From Mayamaea pseudoterrestris (taxonomy: Eukaryota): DNA of 64,000 nt. Below are positions 22,683 to 35,889 of the stretch, one piece after another. The notes beneath the pieces are model-generated. The model saw only the letters and a program-made list of their open reading frames with translations, made no database searches and was not told where the DNA came from. Position 1 is the first letter of the stretch. Every line of letters begins with the position of its first letter. The position numbers were made by a program, and so were the translations under genes. The stretch lies in contig BROI01000002.1 of NCBI GenBank assembly GCA_027923505.1, forward strand, positions 558,001 to 622,000, read 5' to 3'.

Positions 22683-23886
22683 CTACCCCGTCCCGATGCT
22701 TTCTCTCGCTTTTTTAGTCGCCGTGTAGATGCTAGTCTGGCATGTTGGACACGTTTCCTGCGGCTGTCGCTTGAAAATACTCAAACATTGGTTGCAAACA
22801 TATGCCATATCCACCGTTTCGGCTGTTTCAAAGCATCGCGCCCGAAAGTCCACCTTGTTGAGTGCAGGCAAGTGCAAGGATCGTCGACATGGAATGGGTG
22901 GTAAAAAGACGGTCAAGAGAATCTCCGTCAACGTTCCGTGCACTTGAGCAGCCATGGCGGGCGACAGAAACAAGCCTCCTGTGTATTAAAATGAGAATAT
23001 AAAATAATGAGAAAATGACGAAAGTCGGCAGTGCTTTGCATGATAAATCATAAACAAGCTATGACACACCCGTCAAGTCTGCTCCCTGCTCCAAGAACCC
23101 CGACGATGCATGCTTGTCAGCCGCCTGCAAAAAGCACCCATCCAACACAACATTTTGCTTGGATGCGGCAAATGCGCAATTCATAAAGGCATTGTAGTCT
23201 CGCGACCTATCCTCCGACGCTTGCACCATGAGGACGCGCGGCGCCCAAATGGATTGAGAAGCGGCGGACGACTGCTTGTGTTTATTCTTACTGCCTCCGC
23301 CGCCAATGAGCCCCAAGACTCCATCATCCTCTGAGCGATTCAATATAAAGTGATCCGTATCCATGGCTCCACTAACTGCTCCTTTTGCTCGACTCGCCAC
23401 CATGAAGCGATTAATCAAGCAGAGCGCTTTTGAGAGACCCGACGTCATGGCAGCCTGGCGACTCGACTGGCTCGATGTTTGAGCTTGCGCCATTTGCGCC
23501 GCGCGACTCGTCAATCCAGCCACTCCCTCCATGACGTCTCGACGCAGGCACGTCAAATCAAACTCAAAGTGCTCCGGATCATTCAGAAATTCTTCCACAT
23601 CGTTCGCGTCACGCGGATGAATCATGTCACATTCATTATCAGCTACACCCATGACAATCACCACAGCCTTTCGCTCGGTCCGTCGAATGGCGCTTGCCAA
23701 TACAGTCAATGACTCGAGGCACTCGTCGAGTCGACAGGGACCAACGCTCGACTTTTGTTCCAAACTGCGTCGCGCGTCCTGGTGCTCGCGCAGCTGGTGG
23801 CGACTGCCCCACGCCAAGGGACTGGCGTCGATAATGATAATGACAAGCGACTGCTGGTTGCTGGCATGGTGCTTGCTACTTGTCAT
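22683..23886 (-). CDS. GTF2H3: TFIIH subunit p34/Tfb4; intron 22979-23069
   Basis: VIIIIDASPLAW, LSKALCLINR, YNAFMNCAFAA, spliced LEQGADLTG|GLFL, VDFRARCF, CNQCLSIF...CPTC zinc finger. Confidence 0.9.
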
Positions 23887-24146
23887 GATGTTGTGAATAT
23901 ATAATATATGTGAGTGAACAGTGAACAATAGCGTGGTGATAGATGGTGGAGGTGTCGTCGCGTCCTCGATTGTCGCGAATGTCGCTTGGCATGTCGTATC
24001 GTTAATGGCTTATCGCATCGGTTCTCATATTCCGTGCGCATCCTTTTACCATGGCGGATTTTGCTGCTTCCTCTATCATTTTCGATGCGCCGTTCTGCTG
24101 ATGTGTGGACAGCATGGCATGTAATCCAAAATAGATTTGATAATAT

Positions 24147-25913
24147 ATGAAACTAGCGTCGAATATGGAGTCCGATGAGCAAGGCATACCCACAGAGGCA
24201 GCATCGCCATCATCCGTTTCCGTCGACGCAGCAGTCAATTCCTCGTCTGCAGCCTCCTCCTCAATCAGTGCAACTCCAGCAACAGCCAAAAAACCATCCA
24301 TTCGCCACGCCGAAAAGAGGCGAACAAGTACCTGCATTTTTGCCGACCGGGTGGCCCGCGTCAGCATTGACGCCTATCGCAGGCATGTAATTCGCAGCAT
24401 GCCGTCGTCGGCCGAACATGAGACAATGCACCTGGAACCAACCTGCTTGGCATGCATTGTTGCGTGCGTCAAGCGGAACGTTACAGCAATAGACAAAGTA
24501 ACAAATTACAACGACAATATAAAAGACGACGAACTATTCGTCGTTGGTTTGGGCGTTGGTACCAAGTTCTTGTCGGAACATGTCTTGCGTCACCACTCGC
24601 GCGAGGAAGCGTATGGGAGCCGCGTCAGAGACTGCCACGCGGAAGTCTTGGCGCGTCGAGCATTTCGGAGGTGTTTGTCGCTCGAGATATTGAAAGATTT
24701 GAAAGGCGAGATGAAGGGAGAGGAGCATGCCAATCAAGCGCCGAACATTCCTCGCATATTGGAGCGCGTCGATTCAGTTCAAACAACTGCAAGGACCGGC
24801 ACTCACATCGAACGCCCTCAGTACAGATTGCGTGCTGATACGACGCTACACTTTTACTCATCATCCTGTCCCTGCGGCAATGCCACTCTGAAGCGCTTTG
24901 CCACCTTGCGCAAGGAAAATTTTCGCTCCGACTTGTCTGCCGGCGAGTGGCCCACCGAGTTGCATTCCAACATTCTTCCAGCGCATTCCGTGCACCTTGG
25001 ACAAGTGGCACTATTGGTGAAAAAGGATCAGTCTTGTAGCTTTGTATCTGTTGGTCTCATACGTGACAATGCGGACGACGTAAAACTTAATGGTGCATCA
25101 GTTAAGAAGTGCAAGCATGAACCGGCTATTACGAGAAATAATTCGGCAATACCGCCATTACTTTCCGCCAAGGAAGCCAAGTGGCCCGCCCATTTATCCA
25201 CTGACTGGTGTCCACCAGGAACGACAACGGTTTGGAGCCGCCAAGGCAGCATTCACACGTGCAGCGACAAGCTGGCGCGATGGAACGTTTTGGGATTGCA
25301 GGGTAGCCTCTTGGCGAGCCTGCTCAACAAGGAGTTTTTGTTTGCGAGTACGCTGACGGTTGGAAGGAAGTTTTCGGCAGTCACATGCCGACGGGCGGTA
25401 TGTTGTCGGGTTGCCAATCATTCTTTGAAAGCGACGGACGAGAAAGCAAGAGGAGTAGCGAGTGTTATATCTCCCAAAGACAGCGCTTTGCCTTCTTGGA
25501 CAGCGCATCATCCAGCCGTCATGGGAACTGGCGTCTATTTAAACGAAGGAGCTGTTGCAACGACTCATGTGATCGGCCAGGATGTTCGCTTCCATTCGTC
25601 GTCATGCTACGCGTGGTGGCCAGGGTTGAACGTGGCCGAATGCATAGATGGGTCGACCGGCTATCTGGTCGACAGCGGCACCAGTGCACCAACTTTAAAG
25701 GATCAGCGCTCCGGCATTAGCACGAGCGCCTTGACTGAGCTCTTTCTAGAAATCAACCAATATATGGCAAACGACGCAACAACTCCTTCCATTGCATCAC
25801 TCGCCGACCTTCGACGTTTCAAGCAGCATGTTTCTAGCGACTATGAGCAGACAAAGACTCAACTACTGACCAAACACCCAACGTTAAAGTTATGGACACG
25901 GCGTTGTCCCTAG
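24147..25913 (+). CDS. ADAT1/ADAR-family adenosine deaminase (catalytic domain only)
   Basis: GVGTK, DCHAEVLARRAF, PCGNA, TCSDKLARWNVLGLQG; no dsRBD seen. Confidence 0.88.
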   Translation: MKLASNMESDEQGIPTEAASPSSVSVDAAVNSSSAASSSISATPATAKKPSIRHAEKRRTSTCIFADRVARVSIDAYRRHVIRSMPSSAEHETMHLEPTCLACIVACVKRNVTAIDKVTNYNDNIKDDELFVVGLGVGTKFLSEHVLRHHSREEAYGSRVRDCHAEVLARRAFRRCLSLEILKDLKGEMKGEEHANQAPNIPRILERVDSVQTTARTGTHIERPQYRLRADTTLHFYSSSCPCGNATLKRFATLRKENFRSDLSAGEWPTELHSNILPAHSVHLGQVALLVKKDQSCSFVSVGLIRDNADDVKLNGASVKKCKHEPAITRNNSAIPPLLSAKEAKWPAHLSTDWCPPGTTTVWSRQGSIHTCSDKLARWNVLGLQGSLLASLLNKEFLFASTLTVGRKFSAVTCRRAVCCRVANHSLKATDEKARGVASVISPKDSALPSWTAHHPAVMGTGVYLNEGAVATTHVIGQDVRFHSSSCYAWWPGLNVAECIDGSTGYLVDSGTSAPTLKDQRSGISTSALTELFLEINQYMANDATTPSIASLADLRRFKQHVSSDYEQTKTQLLTKHPTLKLWTRRCP

Positions 25914-26281
25914 AATGGGGTCATTCTCTTTTTTCTTCCTCATGCAGGCACCTACCGAGTGCGTTGTCTCGCCAAACGCAACCTTTCGACTTTCCTCCTT
26001 CACACACATAATAACAACAGCAATTAGCAGCGTCGCATATCTGTAAACAAATGAGAGAGTAGGTGAGAGAATGAAGCGTGACGCATACATTGAATACGCC
26101 TGCAAGCATTCCCGTTCGTCCCTCAGAAATCGATCGTTGTTTATCGGCTATCAGAAGCCGCTCTAACATATGCATTTTTGGTTGTACTTCACCGGGAGGT
26201 CCTCCTCTGTTCATCCACGAAGCAGCAATAAGTGCACTCACCATTTTTAACTAGTTTCACCATGCGACTTGTAGTAGAAAT

Positions 26282-26716
26282 CTACTCCTGCTTTTGCTCG
26301 GGACAGTCACGCGCAATGTGTCCATCCTTTCCACAATTGTAGCACGCCTTGTTTCCCGCCGGAGCCGTACATTCCGAAGAAATGTGACCCTGCTTGCCGC
26401 AGTTGAAGCAGCGACGGTACTGCGCCCGGGCCTGAGAAATCTGCACCCGGTCCTCACCTTCGACGCGAGGATTCTCGCAGTCGCGCGACAAGTGGCCCGC
26501 TTCGCCGCAGTTGTAGCAAACCTTGTCGCCGCTGCCGCGACCGCCTCCTCTGCCGCCGCCACGGCCTCCGCGGGAGCGACCTCCACGTCCTCCGCGGCCG
26601 CCGCCGCGGCCGGCACCTCCTCCTCCTGATTCGTTAGTGGTGGTGGTTGCGACGGCTGCGCCGGATGCTTCCGCCACTGGCGTGTCCTTGATGTCTGCGG
26701 CTGGGGCTTCCGACAT
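26282..26716 (-). CDS. CNBP/GIS2-like RGG + three CCHC zinc-knuckle nucleic-acid-binding protein
   Basis: RGG tract, then CYNCGEAGHLSRDC, CFNCGKQGHISSEC, CYNCGKDGHIARDC. Confidence 0.9.
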   Translation of the reverse strand: MSEAPAADIKDTPVAEASGAAVATTTTNESGGGGAGRGGGRGGRGGRSRGGRGGGRGGGRGSGDKVCYNCGEAGHLSRDCENPRVEGEDRVQISQARAQYRRCFNCGKQGHISSECTAPAGNKACYNCGKDGHIARDCPEQKQE

Positions 26717-27275
26717 GCTTCTTTCTACTATTTCCTTCTTCTTCTTCTAGCCTCAAGCTATACTACACTCCGTCTCTAAAGTCAAGAAAGGAGAAGTGTA
26801 GAGGTTAGACGTTAGGATCCAAACAATGCACTGCGTGACAGCAGCAGCTGCTTCTCGTTGTGTCCATCGGATGGCAAACTCGTTCCGACGATCTTGCACC
26901 TCTCCTTCCCGTTCGAAATCCTGCATAACAATTCACTCGCACTCTCAAGCAGCACGAGTATTCAAGGTCCACTTCGCCAACTCTTTCAAACGCACCTCAA
27001 TTATAGAGCGACTGGTTTACAATTGATACTCAAACTGTGATGGCTGATCCATGGTGTGCGGTGATGGACAGCAAAGGAAGCAGCTGGCGCGCTGCCAACC
27101 AATTCTCCGCGAAGTCCATCGTCTGGCCGTCGCCGACCACCAACCCATAACCTATTTGAACGCCAACGAAAGTTTGGGCGCGCTTTGTCGCGGAACAAAT
27201 CCAAAAGTCGCACGACGCAAGCAGTTCTTTCAAGCCGCTGTCATTAATCATCTTTGCCCACCATCAATCCACTAA

Positions 27276-29090
27276 ATGTCGTCTACTCCCAGCAACAAGA
27301 AAAAGTACAAGCTCAGCGCCTTTGCGCCGCAAGATGGCGGTCCTCCGCCGTGCGCCTTTTTCGTTTCGGCGGCGGGTTGCCGCAACGGAGATTCCTGCAA
27401 GTTTTCGCATGAATTGAGCAGCAACAACAATATGAAGCAACAAAATGACGCTGATTCTGTGGTAAGTTCGGAAAGTAGTATCGGTCGAGGAGAGGAGAAA
27501 GTAGTAGCTGCAGTGAAGCAGCAAGTGAAAACAAATGTTAGCGAGGCCGCTCCAGTTGCGAAGCAACAGCAGCCGCAGCAACAAGATTTACCTGCTGCAT
27601 CCAAAAAGGCCAAACGCAAGTCGGCAGCGGCTACCGACGCCTTTCCGTTTGCCAACCCCAAGAAGCAAAAGGCTTCGACTCCAGTCGCCGCTGCCGCACA
27701 AGTGCCAGTTGCTGCTCCCCCTGCTGCTCCACCTGCTGCTGCACAAGCCAAACCACCGAAACTAAAGGCGGAAAAAGTCGCTCCTCCTCCCGCTGCTGCA
27801 AAAGTCGAGCCGAAACCTGCTCTTAAACCAGTTGTTGCATCCAAAAAGGATGCTACCCCCAGCTTTCGCAACCTCTTGAAGGAACTCCCCATTGCAGCCT
27901 TTACCATGCCATCTGAACGAAAGGAAGCAGAGCAAGCAGCTGAAGGTACTGCTGCTGCAGCTTTAACAAATGAAGCTCCTCCCAACGTTGTTCCAGAAAC
28001 TGCCCCAGCACTCGAAGAACCACCCTTTCCACTCCCAAAATCCCACCCCGACAGCCTCAAGTGGCTGTCCGCTGTCCAGGAAGGACACAAACACCCGCGC
28101 TTTGTACGTGACTACAACTTTATCAAGTATCAAAATGAGGATGAAAATGTTGGTTTTGTCGGCAAAAAGGGCTGGATCACGGCCAAGCAGTACGATGAAG
28201 CCACTCACTATAATCTTCCTCAAGCCATTGCCATGGATTGCGAAATGTGCGAAACCAAAGACCCCGTCAGCGGCCAAAAGGATCCTCGTGCGCTTTGCCG
28301 CATTTCCATTGTGGATGTTGTTACGGACGAAGTCTTGCTTGATACATTGGTCAAGCCAGCCTGGCCCGTGACGGATCATCGCACCTGGATCAATGGCATC
28401 AACGAAAAGGATCTGGAGAATGTGCAGTTTACGTTGCGACACGCGCAAGCCTTCATGATGGCACTCTGCAGCACGGAGACTGTCATTATGGGACATGCCT
28501 TGCAGAACGACTTGGCGGCCATTCGCATGGAGCACTACTGCGTGGTTGATTCGGCCTTGCTGTTTTCCGCCAAGGATTCGCCAGGGTCGTCTGTTTCTCT
28601 CAAGGATTTGGCCTCGAGCATTTTGGACAAGAGCATGCCTAACAAGCACGACTCTGTCAATGACGCCAGGACTGCTTACAAGTGTTTGGAGCATTACTTG
28701 GAGAAGGACGGTAAGGTCGAACCGGTGGAACGAACTGCTCGCACCGTGCGCAAAAACTATAGTACGCAGCTATTTGTCCATCGCATTCCAAGGGCGTGCG
28801 ACGAGAACCACTTGAAGCAAATGTTTTTGGCCTATTCATGCGTTCAACCAGATGAAGTGGATCCAATCGAGTTCAAAGGCGACATGGGCAAGACGTTTGT
28901 CACGTTTCGATCGGGTAAGCATGCCAATGTTGCATTCGAGTCCATTGAAAGTAAGCCAGACACGGATCCGAGTGGTCGCCTGCAGAAGAAGGTCTTTCTC
29001 AAAAGTGGAGGCTACGTACGAGTCCGCAAAATGGCCTATGAAACGAGTAAAGGCGAGAAGGAGCCACCTCGACGTGCCTCGACTGGATAA
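27276..29090 (+). CDS. REXO1/Rex1-like DEDDh 3'-5' exonuclease with N-terminal CCCH finger and C-terminal RRM-like domain
   Basis: CAFFVSAAGCRNGDSCKFSH; AMDCEMC, GHALQNDL, HDSVNDA; LFVHRIP...TFVTF. Confidence 0.85.
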   Translation: MSSTPSNKKKYKLSAFAPQDGGPPPCAFFVSAAGCRNGDSCKFSHELSSNNNMKQQNDADSVVSSESSIGRGEEKVVAAVKQQVKTNVSEAAPVAKQQQPQQQDLPAASKKAKRKSAAATDAFPFANPKKQKASTPVAAAAQVPVAAPPAAPPAAAQAKPPKLKAEKVAPPPAAAKVEPKPALKPVVASKKDATPSFRNLLKELPIAAFTMPSERKEAEQAAEGTAAAALTNEAPPNVVPETAPALEEPPFPLPKSHPDSLKWLSAVQEGHKHPRFVRDYNFIKYQNEDENVGFVGKKGWITAKQYDEATHYNLPQAIAMDCEMCETKDPVSGQKDPRALCRISIVDVVTDEVLLDTLVKPAWPVTDHRTWINGINEKDLENVQFTLRHAQAFMMALCSTETVIMGHALQNDLAAIRMEHYCVVDSALLFSAKDSPGSSVSLKDLASSILDKSMPNKHDSVNDARTAYKCLEHYLEKDGKVEPVERTARTVRKNYSTQLFVHRIPRACDENHLKQMFLAYSCVQPDEVDPIEFKGDMGKTFVTFRSGKHANVAFESIESKPDTDPSGRLQKKVFLKSGGYVRVRKMAYETSKGEKEPPRRASTG

Positions 29091-29206
29091 TAACAAGTAA
29101 GAAGAGCGCATAAAGCAAACCATTTAAACACCCCCTATATGCTTGTAAAAAATGACTAATTATATTCGTCCTTCTACTACTGTATTTACACTCCTTGTCG
29201 CCGAAT

Positions 29207-31498
<2,292 letters not shown>

Positions 31499-31879
31499 CT
31501 TTCAAGTCGTTTCTTGTTTCTATTGGTTGTTTTCCCAAGATGAGCGTAGGTGTAACGAATAAGTTTATGTAGAGGATCAATTCCAATCAAGGCTTGGCAG
31601 CAGCAGTCGAATGATCTGGAGGCGAAGAATGGCGGGCCATGAGCGTCTGCCCGACGAGAACCCGATCGACGCAGCGCTCAAAGATATGCCGAATAGCCTC
31701 AACCTTATCTTGCAACATATCGAATCCTTTCTTGTCGCATTGGTGATGCCACCATGCGTCATGCGGGACTAGATACGAACTGCGTGACGATGACCTGCCG
31801 ATCCAACGAAACCAAGACGATTCAACTTCTTCGCGCACTGTACCTCATCATTGTTCATCAAAGCTTGCTTGCAGCCAAC

Positions 31880-32602
31880 ATGAAGCGCCAATCTTATCTA
31901 ATAATCTTTCTATGGGGAGTGAGCAGACTATGTTCCGCATTTCTGTCTCCAGCAGCTTCGACGACGTCAATGAGTAGAAGTCATCTCCATGCCGAGACGA
32001 CACAATCCACAAAAACGACGCTGACGGAGGAAACCACTTGGATGATTCGCATGTTTCTTGGCAATATCAAGACTACGCAAGGAAATCGCGTACTGGATGA
32101 AATGATTGCACTACCAGTAAAGTTTATAGAGGAGGAAGGCTATGAGCCGCCACAAGGTCGAGTTGAAGTGGTTGCGGCACCGAGTAGCGACGATACGACT
32201 GTTACGCCAATAATCAATCGCTGGAAGTTCAACAAGACTTACTGGAAGCTAAGTGAAGATCCCAACGAACGAAAGGATGGTCTTTGGATTTGGGGCTTGT
32301 TCAAGGAGCCGCTCTATCCGTACCTGTTGCTCAGCATGGAGACGAGTGAAATTCAACTATCATCAGGCTCGGCTAGCGATGGCGACAGTCAAAAGGTCGA
32401 CACGATTGCACCCATGCAGCTATATGCTCAGATCAATCACAAGCGAGACGCTGACATTGGCGTGGTGCTGTCTGGGTCCTATCCGTTAAAGATTCGACAG
32501 TTGGAAACCATCAAGGCCGACCCATTCGGCGGGGCGACAGTCGATATTTTCAACGACGTTGATATAGGAACTATTCGAATTGAAGCAGTCACAAGGAGAT
32601 GA
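31880..32602 (+). CDS. Unknown plastid-targeted protein
   Basis: Signal peptide ending CSA-FLSP plus Ser/Thr-rich transit; conserved-looking EEEGYEPPQG and WKLSEDPNERKDGLWIWGLFKEPLYP. Confidence 0.7.
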   Translation: MKRQSYLIIFLWGVSRLCSAFLSPAASTTSMSRSHLHAETTQSTKTTLTEETTWMIRMFLGNIKTTQGNRVLDEMIALPVKFIEEEGYEPPQGRVEVVAAPSSDDTTVTPIINRWKFNKTYWKLSEDPNERKDGLWIWGLFKEPLYPYLLLSMETSEIQLSSGSASDGDSQKVDTIAPMQLYAQINHKRDADIGVVLSGSYPLKIRQLETIKADPFGGATVDIFNDVDIGTIRIEAVTRR

Positions 32603-32709
32603 TAAGATTACTATATAGATGCTAATGTACCGCTTTAATAACATGTAGAAGATGTCTTCTCCCTGCAATAGTGTCGACGCATGCTACAGCTACATACGCC
32701 AGCAACTCC

Positions 32710-33111
32710 TTAATACAAGTCATCATCATTATCATTTTCGTCATCCGAATCCATGGCATATTGTTTTCGTTGAATACTAATGGAATTCGTCTCCTTGGAG
32801 GCACCTTGTCGGTTCCCTCGCTCCAGCATTTCAATCAGCTTGTCTTCCGATATTGTTCCAGGCAGTTTGCCCGACATGGCCATGCTCACAATAGTCTTTT
32901 CCACTTGCTCGGCCTTGGCCTGTTTGACAAGTTTAATGCGACGGAGTCTTGCTAGAGCTTCCGGAGAGAGGACTTGAGATAGAATGGCGTCGCGTTGCTC
33001 CTCGGCCGCCTGCGCCTGCTGCTGCGCTGCGTTGTTTTTGGAGGCATTTGGAGCAGAAAATCCTTCTGGCAGTTCGCTTGGGTCTATGTCAGCTGGCTGT
33101 AGATTGTCCAT
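32710..33111 (-). CDS. PDCD5: Programmed cell death protein 5 / dsDNA-binding protein
   Basis: ILSQVLSPEALARLRRIKLVK...ISEDKLIEML, acidic tail. Confidence 0.88.
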   Translation of the reverse strand: MDNLQPADIDPSELPEGFSAPNASKNNAAQQQAQAAEEQRDAILSQVLSPEALARLRRIKLVKQAKAEQVEKTIVSMAMSGKLPGTISEDKLIEMLERGNRQGASKETNSISIQRKQYAMDSDDENDNDDDLY

Positions 33112-33337
33112 GGTGTGTAATTTTAGTGTATCGGGTGCTTACGAGGGAAAGACTACCGTAGCGAGGAGTGATGCCTTCTCGTCCTCATCGTGGTCGATCA
33201 TCCCTTCGTCTGTCCGTCGTAATTCGCCGCATGACGTCGCATCGGTTTTTGTCGATCGTCCATCGATTTTGCAAAGAACAAATCGACCATGACGGCGGCA
33301 CTGTTGTAGATACTTTGCAGTACAAGTACACACAATC

Positions 33338-34711
33338 ATGAAGATACAAACACTAAAACGATCCGTCAACTCCATTGAACGAGAATGCATTGGCGACATG
33401 CGCCGCGAGTCCCGCAACCTGCAGCCGCAGTACCATCCCATGCAGCGAGCACGAGAATACACTCGAGCCGTTACGGCGGCCAAGCTGGATCGCATGTTTG
33501 CCAAGCCGTTACTTGGCAACTTAGGAAATGGACACATGGATGCAGTCACATGTTCGGCTGTGAGTCGAAGGTCTTTGCTTCCGCTGGTATCGGGTAGTGT
33601 CGATGGTCAAATTAAACTTTGGGACTTGGCGACGCGCAAGCAAGTGAGTGAAATTAATGCACATTCCAGACCAGTCACTGGCCTGGCCTTTTCTGTCAAT
33701 CAAAACGGTGATCATTTCTATTCCTGCGGTGAAGATGGACTGATGCATCTTTGGTCCATACATCCTAGTATGAGTAGTACAGACGGTGGACCTGCGCAAC
33801 ATGGGCCAATGGCCACTTGGAGAACGGCTGGTTCGTTCAAGTCACTCGACCATCACTGGTTTGACCCGCAATTTGCAACTGCATCAGACGACGCCGTTCA
33901 AGTATGGTCGCCAGAGCGGAGTACGCCGCTGCAAACCTTTTCGGATCTGTGGGGATCAGAGGATAGCGTCACTACCGTCCGCTACAATCCTGCCGAGCGC
34001 AACTTGCTCGCACAATGTTCGGCCGATCGCGGCATTGGATTACATGACACAAGAACTGCCTCTTGCTTGAAAAAGACTATACTCAAAATGCGCTCCAACG
34101 ACTTGCAGTGGAACCCCATGGAAGCCATGAACTTTGTCGTGGCCAATGAAGACTACAATGCCTACATGTTTGACATGCGCAAGCTTGACGCACCGACTCG
34201 CATATACAAGGGTCACACGTCGGCCGTCATGGCTGTCAGCTGGTCGCCGACGGGCCGCGAGTTTTGCTCGGGCAGCTACGATCGAACGGTGCGCATCTTT
34301 GCGGTGAATGGGGGAAACTCGCGTGATATTTATCACACCAAGCGCATGCAACGAATATTCACAGTGCAATATACCATGGATAGTTCGTTTATCATCTCGG
34401 GAAGCGATGATAGCAACTTGAGGTTGTGGAAGTCAAAGGCAAGCGAGCCGCTGGGTCAAAAGACGGCTCGCGAGGAAGCGTCCTTGCAGTACCGACAAGC
34501 CTTGATTCAGCGTTACCAGCACTTGCCGGAAATCAAGTCGATTCACAAGTCACGCAAGGTTCCGAAGGTAATCAAAAAGCAAGCGGCTCAAACTGTTATT
34601 ATGAAGGAGAGTGCTGATAGGAAGCAAGCCAACCGAGTCAAGTACGATCGCAAGGGACAATACAAGTTTGAGGCGGAGCGAAAAAAGGCTGTCGTCAAGC
34701 AAGTCGATTAA
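33338..34711 (+). CDS. DCAF13: WD40 ribosome-biogenesis factor Sof1/DCAF13
   Basis: HPMQRAREYTRAVTAAKLDRMFAKP, WNPME, YHTKRMQ, SGSDDSNLRLWK. Confidence 0.95.
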   Translation: MKIQTLKRSVNSIERECIGDMRRESRNLQPQYHPMQRAREYTRAVTAAKLDRMFAKPLLGNLGNGHMDAVTCSAVSRRSLLPLVSGSVDGQIKLWDLATRKQVSEINAHSRPVTGLAFSVNQNGDHFYSCGEDGLMHLWSIHPSMSSTDGGPAQHGPMATWRTAGSFKSLDHHWFDPQFATASDDAVQVWSPERSTPLQTFSDLWGSEDSVTTVRYNPAERNLLAQCSADRGIGLHDTRTASCLKKTILKMRSNDLQWNPMEAMNFVVANEDYNAYMFDMRKLDAPTRIYKGHTSAVMAVSWSPTGREFCSGSYDRTVRIFAVNGGNSRDIYHTKRMQRIFTVQYTMDSSFIISGSDDSNLRLWKSKASEPLGQKTAREEASLQYRQALIQRYQHLPEIKSIHKSRKVPKVIKKQAAQTVIMKESADRKQANRVKYDRKGQYKFEAERKKAVVKQVD

Positions 34712-34895
34712 AGCATTTTATTCTAGCAAGCTAAGTATTTCCATCCTGCGTCATGTTAATAATAGTGAGGTTAAGAATCGTTTAGCCGCCGCAAGCTTGT
34801 TGATAACTCTGAATTCTTTGCATCCAATATTGATAACTCTACACCCATTCGCTTCAGTCTCCACCAGCCTATTGAAACTTTTGCATACTAGACTT

Positions 34896-35452
34896 TTACT
34901 GCGATGTCACTCCAGCAAGCTTTTGCGTGGCGCGGACCCGAGCCGTTGGCACTTCGAGCGAAACCTCGCAGCACTTGCTGAGCAAAACATCCACCGCCTT
35001 TTGCGCATTCTTCTGAAACAAGGCTTGCATGTCCTTGATTTCCTTGTTGGTATCGGACTGAAGCTTGGCGCTGGCGCTTCCCTCCGATCCGCCCTTTGAT
35101 AGAACCATATTGTTGAATTCCTCCTGCTTTTCGGCTCGGTAAGTGTCAATCAGCTCCTGCGCTTCGACCTTGGCCTGCTTCATGCGGTCTCCGCGGCCTG
35201 AATAGTAGAGTTATGAACAGATTGTAAGAAACGATAATCCCAATTTTCAAAGGTACCGATAGGCTGGAGAGAAATCGAGAGGAGTCGATTTGCAGCGTGG
35301 CCTTGGCTTGCCGTGGCTGCTGGTGCCGCCAATCAACGCTCCATCCTTCCATTCCTAATTTGCAACTCACCAATACGCGCTTCGGCCACAATCTGCGACG
35401 CGCGGGTCTCCGCCGCCATGAGTTCTTGAATACCAGTGCCAGAGTCCGCCAT
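34896..35452 (-). CDS. ATP6V1G: V-type H+-ATPase subunit G; intron 35198-35370
   Basis: Spliced GIQELMAAETRASQIVAEARIG|RGDRMKQAKVEA. Confidence 0.92.
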
Positions 35453-35572
35453 GGTGTATTTGCTTGCTTGTTGTAATGGTCTTGTTGGTGGTTTGCAGTT
35501 TGCAGCTCCTCGAAGTGGAAGGCCCACGCGATAACGACGAAATAACGGTCAATCGCTTTCTAGCGATGATCA

Positions 35573-35595
35573 TGACGTCATCTACAATGACGTCA
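35573..35595. promoter_or_regulatory. Paired perfect CRE/bZIP palindromes (TGACGTCA x2) in the divergent V-ATPase G / kinase promoter
   Basis: TGACGTCA at 35573 and 35588; duplicated at 46954 and 46969. Confidence 0.55.
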
Positions 35596-35889
35596 ATCCG
35601 GTACTGTGCGTCGCAGCGAAACTAATGAGTACTCTTCGGGTCATAGGTTTTAAAAAAATGCACGAAAAGTTCGATTCGATTCTTGCGAACGACCATGGCA
35701 AAAGCATTGGCCTTGCCTTGCGCACCTTTCTTTGTCTCGCTACGTATTAGGAGTCGCAACGCGACGTGCCAAAGTTGAACTCCCCATTCGTGTGTCTACT
35801 TAGTATCAGCAAATCTCGCTCACCTTGGCACCTCGCTCAGCTACACACATCACCCGCACGACGCCTCGTCTACACGAGTTGTGCCGACA

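Noticed and set aside
27272..28694. Long antisense ORFs (272 and 243 aa)
   Set aside because: Mirror frames of the exonuclease gene; no independent motifs.
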